IMG/VR virus record: IMGVR_UViG_3300017767_000010
Span: 1 to 60,141 of that record
Source: a virus
Taxonomy: Duplodnaviria > Caudoviricetes
DNA: 60,141 bases
Direction: 5' to 3' (one strand)
Positions 58,192 to 60,141 of the stretch are shown in pieces. Every line of letters begins with the position of its first letter. Positions within the stretch are counted from its first letter, which is position 1. Made by a program: the position numbers and the translations under genes. The notes beneath the pieces are model-generated. The model saw only the letters and a list, made by a program, of their open reading frames with translations. It did no database searches and was not told the origin of the DNA.

Positions 58192-58265
58192 GTGCGCGGG
58201 GTGGACTCGAACCACCGACCTCGAGCTTATGAGGCTCGCGAGCTGACCATCTGCTCTACCGCGCA
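58192..58265 (-). tRNA. tRNA with CAT anticodon (Met; partly initiator-like)
   Basis: TGCGCGG/CCGCGCA acceptor, GAGC/GCTC D stem, CGAGC-CTCATAA-GCTCG, GGTGG-TTCGAGT-CCACC. Confidence 0.9.
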
Positions 58266-58358
58266 ATATTATATCGTTTCCAATATTCTATTTCAAACAA
58301 ATCAATTTCTTGTTTTGTCATTTTTAATAGAACATTTTTTTTATTTTTTCTTTTCTTT

Positions 58359-58592
58359 TTAGTCAATGTAATCATCATCTATATCTTTTAACCATTCTTT
58401 TTTAGCATCTAATTCCATAATTTTAATTGTCATATAGTCAATTACATTTTGAATTGAAAACTTTTTAGATTTCATAAGTTCAGGATAAATTTTATTAATT
58501 GCATATTCAACTGAAAATGTATCAATATGATTTTCAACATTTTGTTTTAAATCTAGTATATCTGTATAGTTTTTTAAATCTATTTTATTCAT
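58359..58592 (-). CDS. hypothetical early protein
   Basis: 77-aa ORF. Confidence 0.65.
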   Translation of the reverse strand: MNKIDLKNYTDILDLKQNVENHIDTFSVEYAINKIYPELMKSKKFSIQNVIDYMTIKIMELDAKKEWLKDIDDDYID

Positions 58593-58617
58593 ATTTATTT
58601 ATTTAGTGTATAGCATT

Positions 58618-58812
58618 TTATCTAGCTAATTTTTGTTTATTTAATTCTTTTAATAATAAATTGTATATTTTAATTTCAAATTGGGCTAACTCTTTATCGT
58701 CTAAATTTTTTACATCTGGACTGTCGTGAATTTGCCAGTGAATAGTATCCCAAATTTGTTCATATACTACAGGCTCAATACAATCTACTATATTTTTTAT
58801 TTTCTTCTCCAT
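58618..58812 (-). CDS. hypothetical early protein
   Basis: 64-aa ORF. Confidence 0.65.
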   Translation of the reverse strand: MEKKIKNIVDCIEPVVYEQIWDTIHWQIHDSPDVKNLDDKELAQFEIKIYNLLLKELNKQKLAR

Positions 58813-58991
58813 GATTTATGTACTAAGTTACTTAATTCTTGTGACACGATTTGTATACTATTTCCAGTTTTATGTTCTATTATAGGTACATAGCTAACTT
58901 GTTGTATTTCAGAACATTGTACACATTTATTATAACCTAATTCTATTCTAACTGGGTGTAGTACTGAACCACATCTACAAAATTTATTCAT
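58797..58991 (-). CDS. small zinc-finger protein
   Basis: CRCG...R..LGY..CVQC. Confidence 0.7.
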   Translation of the reverse strand: MNKFCRCGSVLHPVRIELGYNKCVQCSEIQQVSYVPIIEHKTGNSIQIVSQELSNLVHKSWRRK

Positions 58992-59199
58992 ATTTTAATT
59001 TATTTATTTCATTGATATCTTCAACTTCTAACTCGCTGAACATACTTATTATTTCTTTACTAATATTATCACTTTCAATATTAGTTTGTAACGTATTTTT
59101 CATAATTATTTTATTTTTTTTACAACACCGCAAACCATACATAAATAATGGTTTTCAGATGTTTTTATAAATGTATATTTATTGTTGCATTTATCACAA

Positions 59200-59430
59200 C
59201 TATCCACAAATTTCTCTTGTGCCATCATTATTTATATCATATCTATGCTGATTATCTAAATCAAACGTTATAATTTTACCATTTGTTTCCATCCATTGAC
59301 AATTTGTCATATTATGACCTTTATCATCTAAAAATTGTTCAGCATCTTCACTATTTTTAAACCATTCTATTAATTCATATTGCCAAACATTTCTATTTTC
59401 AAGAACTGTTATATATTTTTTATCTTTCAT
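59200..59430 (-). CDS. hypothetical early protein
   Basis: 76-aa ORF. Confidence 0.65.
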   Translation of the reverse strand: MKDKKYITVLENRNVWQYELIEWFKNSEDAEQFLDDKGHNMTNCQWMETNGKIITFDLDNQHRYDINNDGTREICG

Positions 59431-59846
59431 TATTTAAAATTTTTATTAAATTTATTTTTATTATATGCATCTATAAACAAATCTGAATCAAATTTTAATT
59501 TAGGTACTTGCTTTAGATGTCTTTTATTATATATTAATTTACCTTCATAATTATCAATTAATATTGCAATGCAATCTTGTTGTAATATATCGCATAAATC
59601 TTCAACTTTTTCTTTTATTTCTTTTATAGAAGCAATAATTGAAGTCAAACCTACAAAAGTTGGTTCTTCATCACCAAGATATTCACCTTTATCTACAAAG
59701 TAAGAATCATCATATATTTTAAAACCAGCTTGTCGTAATAATACCGCAACACCGTTTTCAGTATACATATGGCCATTTAAACCTATGTTAAATTCAACTT
59801 GAGTTATTTTAACTCCACTTCCAATACAATTTTCTATATTATTCAT
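59430..59846 (-). CDS. hypothetical early protein, possibly SAM-lyase-like
   Basis: 138 aa; FNIGLN...EPT.V...L.QDCIA pattern recalls T3-type SAMase; unverified. Confidence 0.5.
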   Translation of the reverse strand: MNNIENCIGSGVKITQVEFNIGLNGHMYTENGVAVLLRQAGFKIYDDSYFVDKGEYLGDEEPTFVGLTSIIASIKEIKEKVEDLCDILQQDCIAILIDNYEGKLIYNKRHLKQVPKLKFDSDLFIDAYNKNKFNKNFK

Positions 59847-60141
59847 CTAATTTTTTTCTTATTTTTAATAATTTATCTCTTAATTCAAGAGGTGTTAATC
59901 CAGTTGGTTTATTCATATTTAACATAAGTTGATTCATTACTGAATTTTTATGTTGTTTAATAAGTTTTGGATCTATTCTTGTAAATTTCATATTTCAATT
60001 TTATTTATTTCTTTGTATATTTTATCTAATTCTGATTCAAAATACGGTTGAATATTTTTAGGTTGAAACATAGAATAGTTTTTCTTGAAAGATTCAATTC
60101 TATGCTTTGCTAAATCAATCGCACATATATTTATATAGTGT

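Noticed and set aside
1-60141. Genome-wide TAG reassignment as in some crAss-like phages
   Set aside because: Only one internal TAG was found. Many genes end in TAG at natural C-termini (e.g. SSB DLPF, ligase, primase), and no suppressor tRNA is in the window.

Overview
An AT-rich tailed-phage genome segment, most likely a podovirus-type phage of marine Bacteroidota (Flavobacteria) with a crAss-like structural module. The host call is inferred from the gene set and from A-rich leaders without Shine-Dalgarno motifs. The + strand arm (1-44017) carries small Lys/Arg-rich genes, groEL/groES, tail fibre and LamG genes, holin and M15 endolysin, terminase, portal, scaffold, major capsid, tail ring and muzzle genes, and three probable ejection proteins up to 2366 aa. 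The convergent - strand arm (44059-end) carries nrdA/nrdB, a resolvase, MazG, thyA, primase-helicase, SSB, exonuclease, ERF, a sigma factor, DNA ligase, two tRNAs and small early genes. Main observations: (1) a layer of nested +1/+2-frame genes, the clearest being a 54-aa MPFKSKAQ basic protein inside the acidic scaffold gene and a 223-aa lipoprotein-like ORF inside terL, many coinciding with local GC-rich patches; (2) the normally single tail muzzle gene appears split into three genes, two with long FN3-like extensions; (3) an in-frame TAG in the portal and an ATA start in a tail chaperone, both G->A relative to expectation; (4) a TIDSSxK[KR]LKP motif shared by two ejection proteins, one fused to a zincin domain; (5) a structured spacer between the tRNAs. 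Family assignments rest on motif recognition from memory, not on searches.
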